Assembly: GCA_900128585.1 (NCBI GenBank)
Contig: LT642179.1
Coordinates: forward strand, 1-41,016
Direction: 5' to 3'
Source of the DNA: Stramenopiles sp. TOSAG23-3
Lineage: Eukaryota
DNA: 41,016 nt
Part shown: positions 19,720 through 30,785 of the stretch, piece after piece
How the letters are laid out: every line of letters begins with the position of its first letter
How positions within the stretch are numbered: position 1 is the stretch's first letter
Notes under the pieces: generated by a model
The model's input: only the letters and a program-made list of their open reading frames with translations
The model's database searches: none
Told to the model about the DNA's origin: nothing
Made by a program: the position numbers and the translations under genes

Positions 19720-22161
19720 TTATTGGATCAGCTCTTCGTCTTCTTCGCTTTGCTGTTCAAGATCCAGCATCTTGGCCAACTCAAATATGGATCCACCCTG
19801 CGACAAATAGTCAACGTACTCATCGTTCCCCTTCGCCACGATGACGACTTTGCTTTCATCGGTGGAATAACCTTTGTTAAGGTTTTCCACGGCAAGAGCC
19901 TTCCTTGGAACGGAAACTTTCTTTTCCTCGGCGGCTGCGTCTTCCTCGCTGCTGTTTTCCTTCGGTTTCGCGTCTGTTTTGTTCGCGCCGTTCTTGGTTT
20001 TTGGGTTCTCAGGCACGCTGGTAGCAGTATCGGTGTTCGCTTCCTTCTTTTCCTTAGCCTTCTGTTTCTTCTTTTTCTTCTTTTTCTTCTTCGCTTTCGC
20101 CTTGTTTGTTTTCTCCGAGGCTTCTTGGGAGTATATGTCATCCCACTGGCTCAACTGGTACGACAAATGGAAACGAGTGCAGTCGCATGATTTGCAAACG
20201 GTACACTTGCATTCTTGGCAGAAGGAGGTTTCCGGCGTATTCCGCGCGTACATCTTGTCGCAAATGGCACACGCAACGTAGTATCGTTTCCATAGCTTGG
20301 CCGCCCGTTTGGACAAGCCAGGGTTGTTCGATTGCTGGAGTTTGAGCATCTGCTCCGTGTCAATCAATTGAACGTGCGGGTTCACCGTGGCACTAACGGC
20401 AAGCTCTTTGTTGTTGTTCGAAGTTCCCGGCTTCTTCTTGTTACCCAGCGCTCCGGCGCGCTGCAACTTCGCCGCGTGAGCCTTCATTTGAAGCTCGTCC
20501 CCGACCAGCAAAATCTTTTCCAGCCCTTCCAGCGCCATCATCGCCATGGCAGAGTCCGTCAGTAGGTCGCACAGCACGCTTACGCAGCCCGCCTTTGCCA
20601 AAAATTCAATTTGTTCGCACGAACCGCAGGACGTGGCGTTCAGGAGTACCCAGCAGGCCTCAATCTTCACCTCCGCATCCGTTTGCGGCGACGTGGTCAG
20701 GCCGATAAGGGACGGGACGACGCCGGACTGTACCACCCGCTCGATCTGTCCCACCGTCCCCGCTGCTATATTCGACAGCGTCCAACATGCTTCCTTCTGG
20801 ATTTCACGATTGCTGTTGTTCACTAAACTTTTCAGTCTATCCACTGCGTTGAGCTTCACAATGTGCTCCGTGTAATCTTGCCGGTCGTCTTCCGCACACA
20901 CAATATTTCCAATGGTTCGCAGCGCCGGCTTCGACACGCGCCACGACCTATGCTCCAGCAAAGAAATGAGCTTCTCGCATACTTGGGAGTTGACGACCTG
21001 TTCAACGTACGGGCTTGGACCGTCGCACAGGTGGCTGAGCGCCCAGCACACGTGGCTGAGGACTTCCGTGTCGTCGTTCGCGTTCATGACCTGCACCAAC
21101 GATTTCAAAATAGCGTACAGGTCGAACTTGGATTTATTTACATACGCCTGTGGCTGCCCATCGCACATGTTGCTCAAGGCCCAGGTGGATATCCGCAGCA
21201 GTGACAGACGGGTCGTCCCGTTTACAATCTTCAGCAACGGCGCCATCGCCCCGTCGCTCAGCACCTCGTCGCGCGCCCGGGGGCCGTCGCCGGCAACGTT
21301 ACCCAAGACCCACACCGCCTGCTCCAGAACTTCGACGGACTTGGACTTCATTAAGCCTACCAACGCCGGGATCGCCCCCTTCTGGATAAGCACCCTCGTG
21401 TGCTCCGAACTTCCCGCCGCAACGTTCGTCAACGCCCACAGCGCTTCTACTTGCAACTCGCTCTCGTCGTCGCGCTTCAAAAAACCCAACAGCCTGGGGA
21501 TCAGGTCGTACGCAATGACGTCATCAATCAAGTACTCCCGTTCGACGCTGAGAAGCTGGCGAATCTTTTTGGTCGCTATTAGTTGCTCTTCCGGATCGCT
21601 ACTATACAAGGACTTTTCCACCGTTTTCAGCAGACCGCGCATTTCCGCCCTCGACAGTTCCTGCGGCGGGAGAGTTATGCTGCTCTCGGGGGCGGACGGC
21701 GTTGCGTTTCGTCTCCCACTATCTGAACTCTCGGCACTGGCCTTGTCGTTCGCTTGGTTCCCCGCCGGTCCGCTAAGATCACTACTAACACCACTGCTAC
21801 TACCACTACTACTACTATGGCCTCTGCCACCGCTTTCGCTCGTCGGGGGCTTCGGGCGCTGCTGGTCTATGTGCATCCCAGACCCGGCACTTCCTCGGCC
21901 GGGCAGACCCCCCTTGGGGTTGTCCGTTCCCGCTGCCTTATTGCTATTTTCAGCGTTCCCCACGGTCTGCTTGACAGAAGCCGGGTCGTGCGTGCCGCCA
22001 CCGCCGTCCTCGCTCCTTTTCTTTCGAATAGGACCTTTCCCGTGCCGCCGTTTACTGCTAGATATTACGGTCCTGCTGGTACCGTCCGTCTCGGGGACAG
22101 AACTGTCGTCCATACCCGCCGGTGCGTCGGGGGGGGCACCTTCCTTCAGCCCCTGCTCCAT
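19720..22161 (-). CDS. Importin-alpha-like armadillo-repeat protein with C-terminal Cys-rich module
   Basis: ARM repeats with WxxxN motifs: EALWALTNVA, QAVWVLGNVAGD, TWALSNMC, CWALSHL, ALRTIGNIV, KEACWTLSNIAAG, EACWVLLNAT; then CAIC..CQECKCTVCKSCDCTRFH. Confidence 0.92.
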   Translation of the reverse strand: MEQGLKEGAPPDAPAGMDDSSVPETDGTSRTVISSSKRRHGKGPIRKKRSEDGGGGTHDPASVKQTVGNAENSNKAAGTDNPKGGLPGRGSAGSGMHIDQQRPKPPTSESGGRGHSSSSGSSSGVSSDLSGPAGNQANDKASAESSDSGRRNATPSAPESSITLPPQELSRAEMRGLLKTVEKSLYSSDPEEQLIATKKIRQLLSVEREYLIDDVIAYDLIPRLLGFLKRDDESELQVEALWALTNVAAGSSEHTRVLIQKGAIPALVGLMKSKSVEVLEQAVWVLGNVAGDGPRARDEVLSDGAMAPLLKIVNGTTRLSLLRISTWALSNMCDGQPQAYVNKSKFDLYAILKSLVQVMNANDDTEVLSHVCWALSHLCDGPSPYVEQVVNSQVCEKLISLLEHRSWRVSKPALRTIGNIVCAEDDRQDYTEHIVKLNAVDRLKSLVNNSNREIQKEACWTLSNIAAGTVGQIERVVQSGVVPSLIGLTTSPQTDAEVKIEACWVLLNATSCGSCEQIEFLAKAGCVSVLCDLLTDSAMAMMALEGLEKILLVGDELQMKAHAAKLQRAGALGNKKKPGTSNNNKELAVSATVNPHVQLIDTEQMLKLQQSNNPGLSKRAAKLWKRYYVACAICDKMYARNTPETSFCQECKCTVCKSCDCTRFHLSYQLSQWDDIYSQEASEKTNKAKAKKKKKKKKKQKAKEKKEANTDTATSVPENPKTKNGANKTDAKPKENSSEEDAAAEEKKVSVPRKALAVENLNKGYSTDESKVVIVAKGNDEYVDYLSQGGSIFELAKMLDLEQQSEEDEELIQ

Positions 22162-22425
22162 GGCCTAAACTCAATACTTCCCTACCCCCGCAGAGCACAC
22201 GTATTTGAAGAGAAAAAAGGAGTGTCCTCACCTATTGCAAGGCTTGAATGTCTTACTTAGTCATCTGATGTCTGATGCATTTAAGTAAAATAAAAACGAA
22301 GAAATATTTGTATACTCTAATGTAAACAATAGAGTGTATGTCATTAAAGAATGGTGATGTTTTTTTTGATTATTTATTTTATTTATTATTATTATTATAT
22401 GTTAATAAAATATTGTTGGAAGGAG

Positions 22426-22455
22426 AAGAAAGAAAGAAAGGAAAGAAAGAAAGGA

Positions 22456-22527
<72 letters not shown>

Positions 22528-22600
22528 ANNNNNNNNNNNNNNNNNNNNNNNNNNNNNNNNNNNNNNNNNNNNNNNNNNNNNNNNNNNNNNNNNNNNNNNN

Positions 22601-22674
<74 letters not shown>

Positions 22675-22789
22675 GAAAGAAAGAAAGGAAAGAAAGGAAA
22701 GAAAGAAAGAAAGGAAAGAAAGAAAGAAATCTAAAAAAGAAAGAAATCTAAAAAAGAAAAAAATCTAAAAAAAAAGAAAGAAAGAAAGA
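22426..22789. repeat. (GAAA)n microsatellite containing an assembly gap (N run 22529-22600)
   Basis: Directly visible. Confidence 0.98.
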
Positions 22790-23136
22790 TATTTTATTAT
22801 TGATTGAGCATGTCGTCTATTATTATATACTAATATTTAATATAGCCTATATGGACTATACAATATAATTGCTATAATTATATAATTTAAAGGGAATTCT
22901 TTCATTATTAAAGATTTATTGACAGCAGCTATATATAATAGCTAAGTAGGGAGGGAGGAATGTAAAAAAGAAAGAAGAAAATTAAAAAATAATAATAATA
23001 GCCCCAGCAAAAAACATTAAAAAAATTTATTGGAAGGAAGACGAGTATTATAAGTACAATAATAGATTAATATTCTATATAGGGATTTAAATAAAGTCTT
23101 CTCTCTCTCCTCTTTTGGAAATATAGAAAAAGAAGT

Positions 23137-23252
23137 TTCTTTCTTCTTCTTCTTCTTCTTTTTTTCTTCTTCTTCTTTCTTCTTCTTCTTCTTCTTCTTC
23201 TTCTTCTTCTTCTTCTTCTTCTTCTTCTTCTTCTTCTTTCTTCTTCTTCTTC

Positions 23253-23275
<23 letters not shown>
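23137..23275. repeat. (TTC)n microsatellite
   Basis: Directly visible. Confidence 0.98.
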
Positions 23276-23284
<9 letters not shown>

Positions 23285-23657
23285 TTTTTTCATTATTATT
23301 ACGTATTTAAATAGACTCCTCGTAGACTATAGCTACGAATAGTTTTTTCAGTACTTCTTCTGTAGACTATTTTTTTCAATTTTTTTTTTTTTCAAAAAAT
23401 AATAATCTCACTATTCTTTTTTTGTGCGTGAATCGAAATGAATTGAAACGAAATGAATTGGTACGAAAATACGCGGGTGAATCAAAGAAAATAACAGACA
23501 CAACCTGTAGGACAAATTGTTAAACAGAAAATCATTACACGCGACATTTCTCTTTCATTGCACCCAATCACTACCAATAATCAATACCTGACCACCTACC
23601 TACGAAACCTTTGCAGGCGGACTGTTCCCCCCCTTTTTTCTTTCTTTTGCACGAACC

Positions 23658-25643
23658 ATGCCGGAATACAAACTTCTGTATGGTAAAATGAACGTCAAAA
23701 ACGATCCAAAGAAGATCGTTTTGGGGAAGTTCGTCAGCCATAATGGTGAATACGATGGAACGCCAATGCCCAAGTTCGACAGCATGGACCAGCCACTGAA
23801 GATGTTTTCGAAGAAAATCGATACAACGAAAATCAACGCCCCCAGGATCGTGATATCTGTGAAGCCTTACGGAAGCAACGACAAAGTAGTGCAAACCACG
23901 ATCTCCATGGCGGACACGATCAACAAAACCGTGATAGGCTGCCTTGTGCTGATGGCAGACACGGTCGTCCAGGAGGCGAGCGGGCCGCAGGACCGTGGGT
24001 ACGAGCATTACTTCAAGCACCTGGAGAAGGCGCACCGGATGCTGCCAGAAAAGGTTTTGTCCATGTTGCGGGAGAAATTCCCCGGTTGGTCGAACTCGTT
24101 GGAAAAAGCAGGGGAAGTGGCGGATGAGGCCGACTACGATACCCCCGTCCTCGCATGGCTCTGTCTGCCCGATGGTGGCTCCTTCTACCACCCGTTCAAG
24201 GCGTTGACCGATTATGTGATAGACGAAGAGCAGGAGGTTCGGTTTTCCTTGCGCACTGAAAAGCCGAAACGGCCGCACCGGAACAGGACAAACATGACGC
24301 GCTTGGGGAAAGAAACCCGCTGGTTTATTTCGGATTCGAACGGCAAGGAGAAGTTTCAAGGGGAGTACGAAAATTCCGACGCCGCCCAATCCTTTATCCT
24401 CCAGCTGGATCATAAGAACCTTATTGCGCGCATCCTTCCCATTGAGACGTGCTACAGGTTTGAAGTTTCCCGCGAAGGTGCGTCCGACACTGTTGCGAAT
24501 GCCTTGATCGAGATGGAGAAGGCCAAGAAGAAGCGCCAGGAGGAGCACGAAATGTTATGGGGATCTAAAGACAAGGGTGCGGGCAGTAGAAAAGTTAGAG
24601 CCAAGTCCGATAGGAGGGCCAATGGCGTCCCCCTGAACGTTCCGATGAACAGGTTCACGGAGGCCTTGTTTGGTCGGCGCGGCAAGTCCAAGCCCAAACG
24701 AGAGGGCTTCAGCGTAACAAAAAAGAGCTACCGAACGAACGACAACGTCGTCAAGAAGAAAAGGAGGGATCAAATTGACTATGATTCTGAAGACCGAGAA
24801 GAGGAAGAACGAGAGCGGCAACAGAACAACACCGAGGAATTCACTGGTCTGTTAAGAGACGCGGGCGCGGAACAATGGAAGCTGATGGAAGATCTGGACT
24901 ACCAGTACGATCGATCCGACGACGATGGGGATTTTGGCGGCGAAGACAACGCGGACAACGCAGAAGCAGGGTTCGACGATGATGACCTCTTTGGGGATGA
25001 TAGCAGCGATTCGGATTCCGGCTCGGAGTTGGAAGAGGGCTTTCGCCGCCGAAAAGTTGCCGAGTTGCCTAGCAGCGACAGCGATCAGTCTGCCAGCGAG
25101 TCCAGCGGCGACAGCGATCTGGATGTGAATGAATTTCTTTCTGCGCACTCTACCTACAAACGGATAGCAGAGAAGTTGGAAGAAAGGAATGCCGAATCGA
25201 AATCGGAGCAGGAAGCCGAACCTTCAGCACCCAGCGATTCCACCAAGCAGGTCGCCCAGCGTTCGCTGGACAATGCTGAAGTGAAGCAAGAAAACACCGC
25301 CGCCGCAGGCGGGAAAAGGAAACGTGAGGTAGAGTCCGCGGTAGCAGGGACGGCACCACAGAGTGCTGTTTCTCAAGCAAGCAGCGATGGGCAGAAACCA
25401 GCGAAACGTAGGAAAAAGGTGAAGAAGAAGAAGGCCAAGGTAGAGGAGGTGGAGTTGAACGAGGAAAATTGGCTTCGTATACTACGCGAAAACGGCGGCC
25501 GCATGGATTTCAGTAAGCTCTTGAAACACTTTCGTGACATTCGTGGCGCGCAAAACAAAGCTTTAGTCAGGTCGTTAAGAGATCGGTGGTGTGACGAACC
25601 TGTGAAGGTTGGAAAGAAACACTTCATTGGTCTGAAACAGTAA
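23658..25643 (+). CDS. GTF2F1: Transcription initiation factor TFIIF subunit alpha (RAP74/Tfg1)-like
   Basis: MPEYKL..IVLGKF N-terminus; WFISDSNGKEKFQGEYE..SFILQL..ILPIETCYRF resembles the RAP74 dimerisation domain; acidic DLDYQYDRSDDD linker; C-terminal winged-helix-like LNEENWLRIL..MDFSKLLKHF..HFIGLK. Confidence 0.78.
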   Translation: MPEYKLLYGKMNVKNDPKKIVLGKFVSHNGEYDGTPMPKFDSMDQPLKMFSKKIDTTKINAPRIVISVKPYGSNDKVVQTTISMADTINKTVIGCLVLMADTVVQEASGPQDRGYEHYFKHLEKAHRMLPEKVLSMLREKFPGWSNSLEKAGEVADEADYDTPVLAWLCLPDGGSFYHPFKALTDYVIDEEQEVRFSLRTEKPKRPHRNRTNMTRLGKETRWFISDSNGKEKFQGEYENSDAAQSFILQLDHKNLIARILPIETCYRFEVSREGASDTVANALIEMEKAKKKRQEEHEMLWGSKDKGAGSRKVRAKSDRRANGVPLNVPMNRFTEALFGRRGKSKPKREGFSVTKKSYRTNDNVVKKKRRDQIDYDSEDREEEERERQQNNTEEFTGLLRDAGAEQWKLMEDLDYQYDRSDDDGDFGGEDNADNAEAGFDDDDLFGDDSSDSDSGSELEEGFRRRKVAELPSSDSDQSASESSGDSDLDVNEFLSAHSTYKRIAEKLEERNAESKSEQEAEPSAPSDSTKQVAQRSLDNAEVKQENTAAAGGKRKREVESAVAGTAPQSAVSQASSDGQKPAKRRKKVKKKKAKVEEVELNEENWLRILRENGGRMDFSKLLKHFRDIRGAQNKALVRSLRDRWCDEPVKVGKKHFIGLKQ

Positions 25644-25790
25644 TTTAGGGTGTCTGTTGAGACATCTCGAGTATCTTATCATATCATATGAATACGTGCA
25701 ATTTATGTGTTCAAAATGAAAAATTTAAGATTAAAATGCTATGGTCCATAATTTAAAACTGAAATCTTAGGACAGCCCTTTCTCTCTCTT

Positions 25791-28700
25791 TCACTGAGGG
25801 ATTTTTTTCCCACCACCCTTGCCCTGCTCTTCCGCCTCCTTTACAGTACTAATGATCATACTTTTTGCAATTTCAATTTCCGCAGGGGTGCCTTTCATCG
25901 TAACATCCACAGTTTTCCCTTGCCCGCCGGCTTCACCCATGATGGCAATGCTGGCACCAGATTGTATCTCAAATTCTCGAATATTACTGAAACCTTTCCC
26001 TACAATAGTTCCAACCATGTTTTCTGGCAGGTTCAGGGAATCTTCTACGATGGCACCTTCTCGCTCCAAAATGGTTGACATTAAAATTTCTTTTGCTGCC
26101 TTCGTTCTCGTCAATGGCCCAGTTATTGAAAAAGTCCTCCAATGCTCTTCGTCCGCCTCCACACGAGGAAGCAGTTGAATCGTGGTTTCCGTAGAGTCCG
26201 AAATTCCATACACAACTTCCCCACCTTTTCCAAGCAGGTAGCCGACATGTTCCCGAGGAACCTTCAGAAACGATTCGTACGACGACGATTCGATCTCGTT
26301 AAGCTTCCGGACCAGTTGATCTTTCGCGGCTTTTATTTGCTGTGGTGTTCCCTGAATCTCGACGTGATTTGCATGCCAGTCAGCGTCAGTCTTGCTAATG
26401 ACAACTCGCGTGGCACCAGAACGGGAGCGGATTTCACGCAAATGCCGTCCTCCTACTCCGGTAATCTCCCCGATCCGATCTTTTGGAATACGCACACGCA
26501 CTGCTTTTTGACCATCTAGACTCGCTATAGTATTTTCGAGTTCTTTCACCGCTTCTTGCACCGACGATCTCTCTCCATGAACCTCTATGCTTTCCCCTCG
26601 AATGAGAATTTTTGTTTGCGTCTGTTCTTGGAGGCGCCGAATATGTTCCCCACTCTCACCCAGCAAAGCACCGGCAAGGTGCATTTTCCCAGCAAGCTGC
26701 AGCTTCTCAGTACTGAGGTCCGTGTTTTCTAGCAATTCCTGGATGCTGTCGACGGCGACGGCGACTTGCTCGGGGGCACCGTATGCCGTCAGGGTCTTGC
26801 TCCTTTCGTCCATGCCAGACTGGGAAAGTAGAAGTATTGTCCCAGTCTCAAACGATATACGCGAGAGCAAGTTCGACCCCCTGTCCTGGTCCCCATTCAT
26901 GTTGCCCATCAAAAGCCCAGTTCCAGCAACGGGGATGTCCACCGAGGCACCCTTCGTTGCCATGCTTTCCTGGGAAATTGCTAGCGCCTTCGACTTTATC
27001 AAGCGCTCTGCATGTTGCACCTGGTCCGACGGGCCCGCCAACGACAATCTTCCATTGTCGTACGAAATGGAAGCGCCCGTAAGATAATGCAAAAACTTCA
27101 TGTTGTTCCCGCCCCGACCAAGGATCTGCCCAATGGCATCGCTGGCCACCAACATTTCAGATCTTGTAGTGTCTTCGGCATGCTTGGAACGGCGTGAAAT
27201 ATATTCCCTTACATCGTCAATTACACGCTCGCTCGCGCCACATATGTTCACGTCCGTCCCCGAGGACGACATGTCTGTGACAGCACCAGTCCACCGGTGG
27301 ACGGTGGCCCAGTCGTAATCTACCCCGGGCACTAGGGCGGCTGTGCTTTCTATGCCAGGCTTGTTCACGTGCCTGTCGACAATGGTGTCAACACGGCGCT
27401 TAGCCTCGGTCATTTCGTCCACATTACCATAAAAATATACGGCATGGGAGGAATCACCAGAATCCACCACCGACGTCTTTGCACCAGTCTTGTCCACCAA
27501 TCGTTTGAGCCCAGCCCCGGATTTACCCACGACATACTTTATCAAGTCATTCGGGACGCGCACGGCCGTATCGGAATGCGCCCGGAGCCATTTGGAAACC
27601 CCCTTGATGTTTTCTCGAAGCCCGACCGCCTTCGTCGCGGTGGGGCCGTCCTCATCGAGCAGAGCGACATCGAAGCGTTCCAGCAGATATTTTTTCAACC
27701 GCAGCACAGCGTTCTCATCCTGCGAATACTGAGGAATGGCGATCGAGCGCTTGCGGACACGCGAGAGGAAGGCGCCTTCCAGCTCTGAACTCGCCAGTTG
27801 TGGCTGTTTGCCTGGACCGACAAGGGTTGCACTTTGGCCATCCTCAGAAAATCTACAGCTAACGCCGTACTTTCTCAGCACTTGCCCGGCCTCGCCCCTT
27901 GCAACGCTGCCGCGCAACCATGAGGATGCGGAGTTCGAACCATCGAGCGTTAAGGCAGACTCCGATCGTAGAATCATAGCCATGGCCGAGGATACTTGGG
28001 CCCTTGACCCGTATATGTCGATGTGATTCACAGCGCCGCTCGCATCCCTGTCCGCGCTCAGGAAGGCTCCGCTGGAAGAAGCAACTCGGTTAAAATTTTT
28101 AAAATTTTTTCCAATCACTATTCCCGCATCCTCCTTTTCAACAGTGACGCGTTCGTAATGGAACTCTTTGTCGCCTGCCAAGCTTCCAAGGTAGTTTTCG
28201 GTCAGCGCGATGGTGTCCGGCGAACCAAACAACTCGATGGGCACCGACCCGTCGCCACTGGCTTTGCCTGTTACCATCAATAGGTCACTCTCCAAGTCAT
28301 CCAGGACTTGCCTTCGTACATTTCCCCCGGGGCCAAATATTGCTCCCACCATGTTTTCGGGAAGCTGCACTGTGGTGGAGGCAACCGACTCGTCTCCACG
28401 ACCGTAAACGGAAACCACCTTTTCGAATTCCTTCTTCGCGACCTCCACGTTCTCGCGTCGTCCCGAAATGTTAATATGGCACAGGTTGCCTGACTTGGGA
28501 TTTGAAACCTCTATTTTCGTGGACGTTCTTTGCCTCAGCTGTGCCATGAGGCGCTTGAAACCAGCGCGAAGCTGCACGGTTTTGATAGTTTCGGCGTCAA
28601 CAACGAGCTCGGGCCTGACACGGCGTTTTCCGGTAGACCCCTTCGCGGACACGATGGCATCGGGGACAACCTGGCGCACCAAGCTTTCGGGCAAAGCATA

Positions 28701-29465
28701 AGTCGTCGGTATGAGGCCAAACTGCCTGGCTTGTTTCACCGCCCGGGCCAATTGGCGCTGTTGCTTGGCCGTCAAGCCAGTGACTCGCTTGGGTTTGATT
28801 TTTCCAGAGGACCATAAAAACTTTCTCAACGTGGCGACGTCGGTGGGAGAGAAGCCCCCGGCGGGAACATGCTGCTGGTATTCCGGGGCTTTTCCACGTT
28901 CGTACGCAGCGTGCTTGGCATCTTTTTCCGCTGTGAGCTTCTTCTTCCTTAGCTCCCTCAGGACCCGTGGGTTAACGTCCATTTTGTAACGAAGGAGACG
29001 ATTTTGGTAGTCCGGGTCTCCTCGCAGCGCCTGAGACGCCGTCGTCAGGACTCTGATGCCCGAGAGGGGTGTGGCAGCTTTGGAAGATATGCTCTCCTTC
29101 GCATTCTCGAGGGTGTCTTCGGAGTCCACAACTTCTGCCGACACCTGGGGCGGAGCACTCGTCTCCCTCGTCTCCCCCCGTGCCGTGTCTTTATTCCAGG
29201 TTCCAAAAACTTCGTCAAACTGTTCTGGGCTTTCCCCGGCGACGTCGCCCTCGCCCTCCGTGGTTGTCCCCGTCCCGGAGGGGCCCTCGTCGCCGTCACC
29301 TGTGCTGCTGAAACACCTAAACGACGCAGGACCCCCACCACTGTTGTTCCCAGGACCGAAGCATGCGCTCTTAAACGCACCGTTTCGTTTCAAAAATGGC
29401 ATGCATTGTTTGCACTGAGCCGCTGCGCTCTTCTTTGCCAATGAAAAGGTACGTACGGTGTGCAT
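25791..29465 (-). CDS. Putative mitochondrial protein: ribosomal bS18 domain fused to ~13 KH repeats (1224 aa)
   Basis: N-terminal basic/Ser/Ala presequence-like region with no acidic residues, ending RCFSS; S18 signature [47 protein letters not shown] loops IFGPGG, VIGKNF, VVGKSG, ILGRGG, LLGESG, ITGVGG, LLGKGG, IVGKGF. Confidence 0.88.
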   Translation of the reverse strand: MHTVRTFSLAKKSAAAQCKQCMPFLKRNGAFKSACFGPGNNSGGGPASFRCFSSTGDGDEGPSGTGTTTEGEGDVAGESPEQFDEVFGTWNKDTARGETRETSAPPQVSAEVVDSEDTLENAKESISSKAATPLSGIRVLTTASQALRGDPDYQNRLLRYKMDVNPRVLRELRKKKLTAEKDAKHAAYERGKAPEYQQHVPAGGFSPTDVATLRKFLWSSGKIKPKRVTGLTAKQQRQLARAVKQARQFGLIPTTYALPESLVRQVVPDAIVSAKGSTGKRRVRPELVVDAETIKTVQLRAGFKRLMAQLRQRTSTKIEVSNPKSGNLCHINISGRRENVEVAKKEFEKVVSVYGRGDESVASTTVQLPENMVGAIFGPGGNVRRQVLDDLESDLLMVTGKASGDGSVPIELFGSPDTIALTENYLGSLAGDKEFHYERVTVEKEDAGIVIGKNFKNFNRVASSSGAFLSADRDASGAVNHIDIYGSRAQVSSAMAMILRSESALTLDGSNSASSWLRGSVARGEAGQVLRKYGVSCRFSEDGQSATLVGPGKQPQLASSELEGAFLSRVRKRSIAIPQYSQDENAVLRLKKYLLERFDVALLDEDGPTATKAVGLRENIKGVSKWLRAHSDTAVRVPNDLIKYVVGKSGAGLKRLVDKTGAKTSVVDSGDSSHAVYFYGNVDEMTEAKRRVDTIVDRHVNKPGIESTAALVPGVDYDWATVHRWTGAVTDMSSSGTDVNICGASERVIDDVREYISRRSKHAEDTTRSEMLVASDAIGQILGRGGNNMKFLHYLTGASISYDNGRLSLAGPSDQVQHAERLIKSKALAISQESMATKGASVDIPVAGTGLLMGNMNGDQDRGSNLLSRISFETGTILLLSQSGMDERSKTLTAYGAPEQVAVAVDSIQELLENTDLSTEKLQLAGKMHLAGALLGESGEHIRRLQEQTQTKILIRGESIEVHGERSSVQEAVKELENTIASLDGQKAVRVRIPKDRIGEITGVGGRHLREIRSRSGATRVVISKTDADWHANHVEIQGTPQQIKAAKDQLVRKLNEIESSSYESFLKVPREHVGYLLGKGGEVVYGISDSTETTIQLLPRVEADEEHWRTFSITGPLTRTKAAKEILMSTILEREGAIVEDSLNLPENMVGTIVGKGFSNIREFEIQSGASIAIMGEAGGQGKTVDVTMKGTPAEIEIAKSMIISTVKEAEEQGKGGGKKIPQ

Positions 29466-30047
29466 TGGGCCGGTGTGTTCGCGCTGTCCACAACTGTCGA
29501 CGTGTTCTTCCTGCGTACTTTCTTCGGTAGTTGGTTTAACTTGCCCAGTTAATTGTAAAAAATCGATGGTCAGTTAATATATTTACGTACTCACTTCTGT
29601 TTGTTAATTAGTTACTTGTGTTTCTTTTCGCAAATCTTAATGTCTTTCTTTTTTGTTCTTTCTTTGTTTAGTTCTTCATTCATTATTTGTTGTAGAGCGA
29701 GTAGTTCTATCTTATTTTTTATAAAAAATAATAATAATACGTAGAGGAGACGAATAAAAAAAATTGTTTTTTTTAAAACTTTTTTTATTTTTTTTATTTA
29801 CTGTAGTACAGTATTATTATTAATTTTATTTTATTGCATTATAGTACATTATGCCTTCTTCTTCTTTCTTCATCATCATACCGTATCATCATTCTAGTCG
29901 TCTTTCTTCTTTGTCTTTATCTCTTATCTACTGGTAGGAATAGTACGACGTATTCCAGTGGAAGAATATAATTATTAAACGTGTACGAAGGAAATAGGAT
30001 AGAGATGGATGGATGGAGAGAGATAGGAAACGGATGGACGGACGGAG

Positions 30048-30081
30048 AATCTAACCCTAATCCTAATCATAACCATAACCT
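30048..30081. repeat. Short degenerate telomere-like hexamer run
   Basis: aatct aaccct aatcct aatcat aaccat aacct; only one perfect CCCTAA. Confidence 0.4.
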
Positions 30082-30785
30082 ATATCAACCATCAAAATAA
30101 GTGCAATAAGACTGACGACTACGAGACCACGAGCCCGTCCTAATAAATACGTCGTATGTGAATAAATATTTAATATGAGGAGTCCACGAAGAAGAAGATA
30201 AAAAAAGTCATCACATTTTAATAATTTTAACAGATTGGTGTGTTCATTGTACATTTTATGTGCGCCATTTTTATAAAAATAACTAATATAATATTATACC
30301 TTATTAGACTAACATACAACACAGTGTACAAAATAATAGCATTTTATTATTGTCTCTACGTAGACTAATAAATAATATAATAAAATAATAAATTTTATAG
30401 AATACGAGGAGTCGTCTACGCGTAGGTGGTACAGCAGTATTATTATTTTTATGATGAGCTGAACTCAAAATTACGGAATCTGTAGTCAGTGCCTGGCACC
30501 ACTCGTCGTATTTGTATTAATTAATACCGCCGCCGTGTATTAATTTAAATTATTTATGGTAGTAGTACGGGCACCTGCACGGTTGGTATGTTGGTAATTG
30601 GCGTCGGCGTAATAGTAATTGAACAAGAAGAATGAAAATTATTATTGTTGGGTTCGTTTGTTTTAACATTAGAATTCCTTTTTTCGAAGACAACAGCGTA
30701 ATTAATAATAGAAGAAGTAGAAAACACAGACGTAAACTCTTTGTTTCCCCTTTTTTGCTTACCCCAATTGAGTTCATTCTTCAGT

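Noticed and set aside
20912-22168. 418-aa antisense ORF over the importin-alpha-like gene
   Set aside because: Antisense shadow of a GC-rich gene; Ser/Pro/Leu-rich product with no motif.
22338-23293. K/E/R-rich ORFs (also 13978..14181, 16951..17148 and 17037..17429)
   Set aside because: Translations of microsatellites; two run through the N gap.
23571-24548. 325-aa antisense ORF over the RAP74-like gene
   Set aside because: Shadow ORF with no recognisable domain; the sense ORF explains the region.
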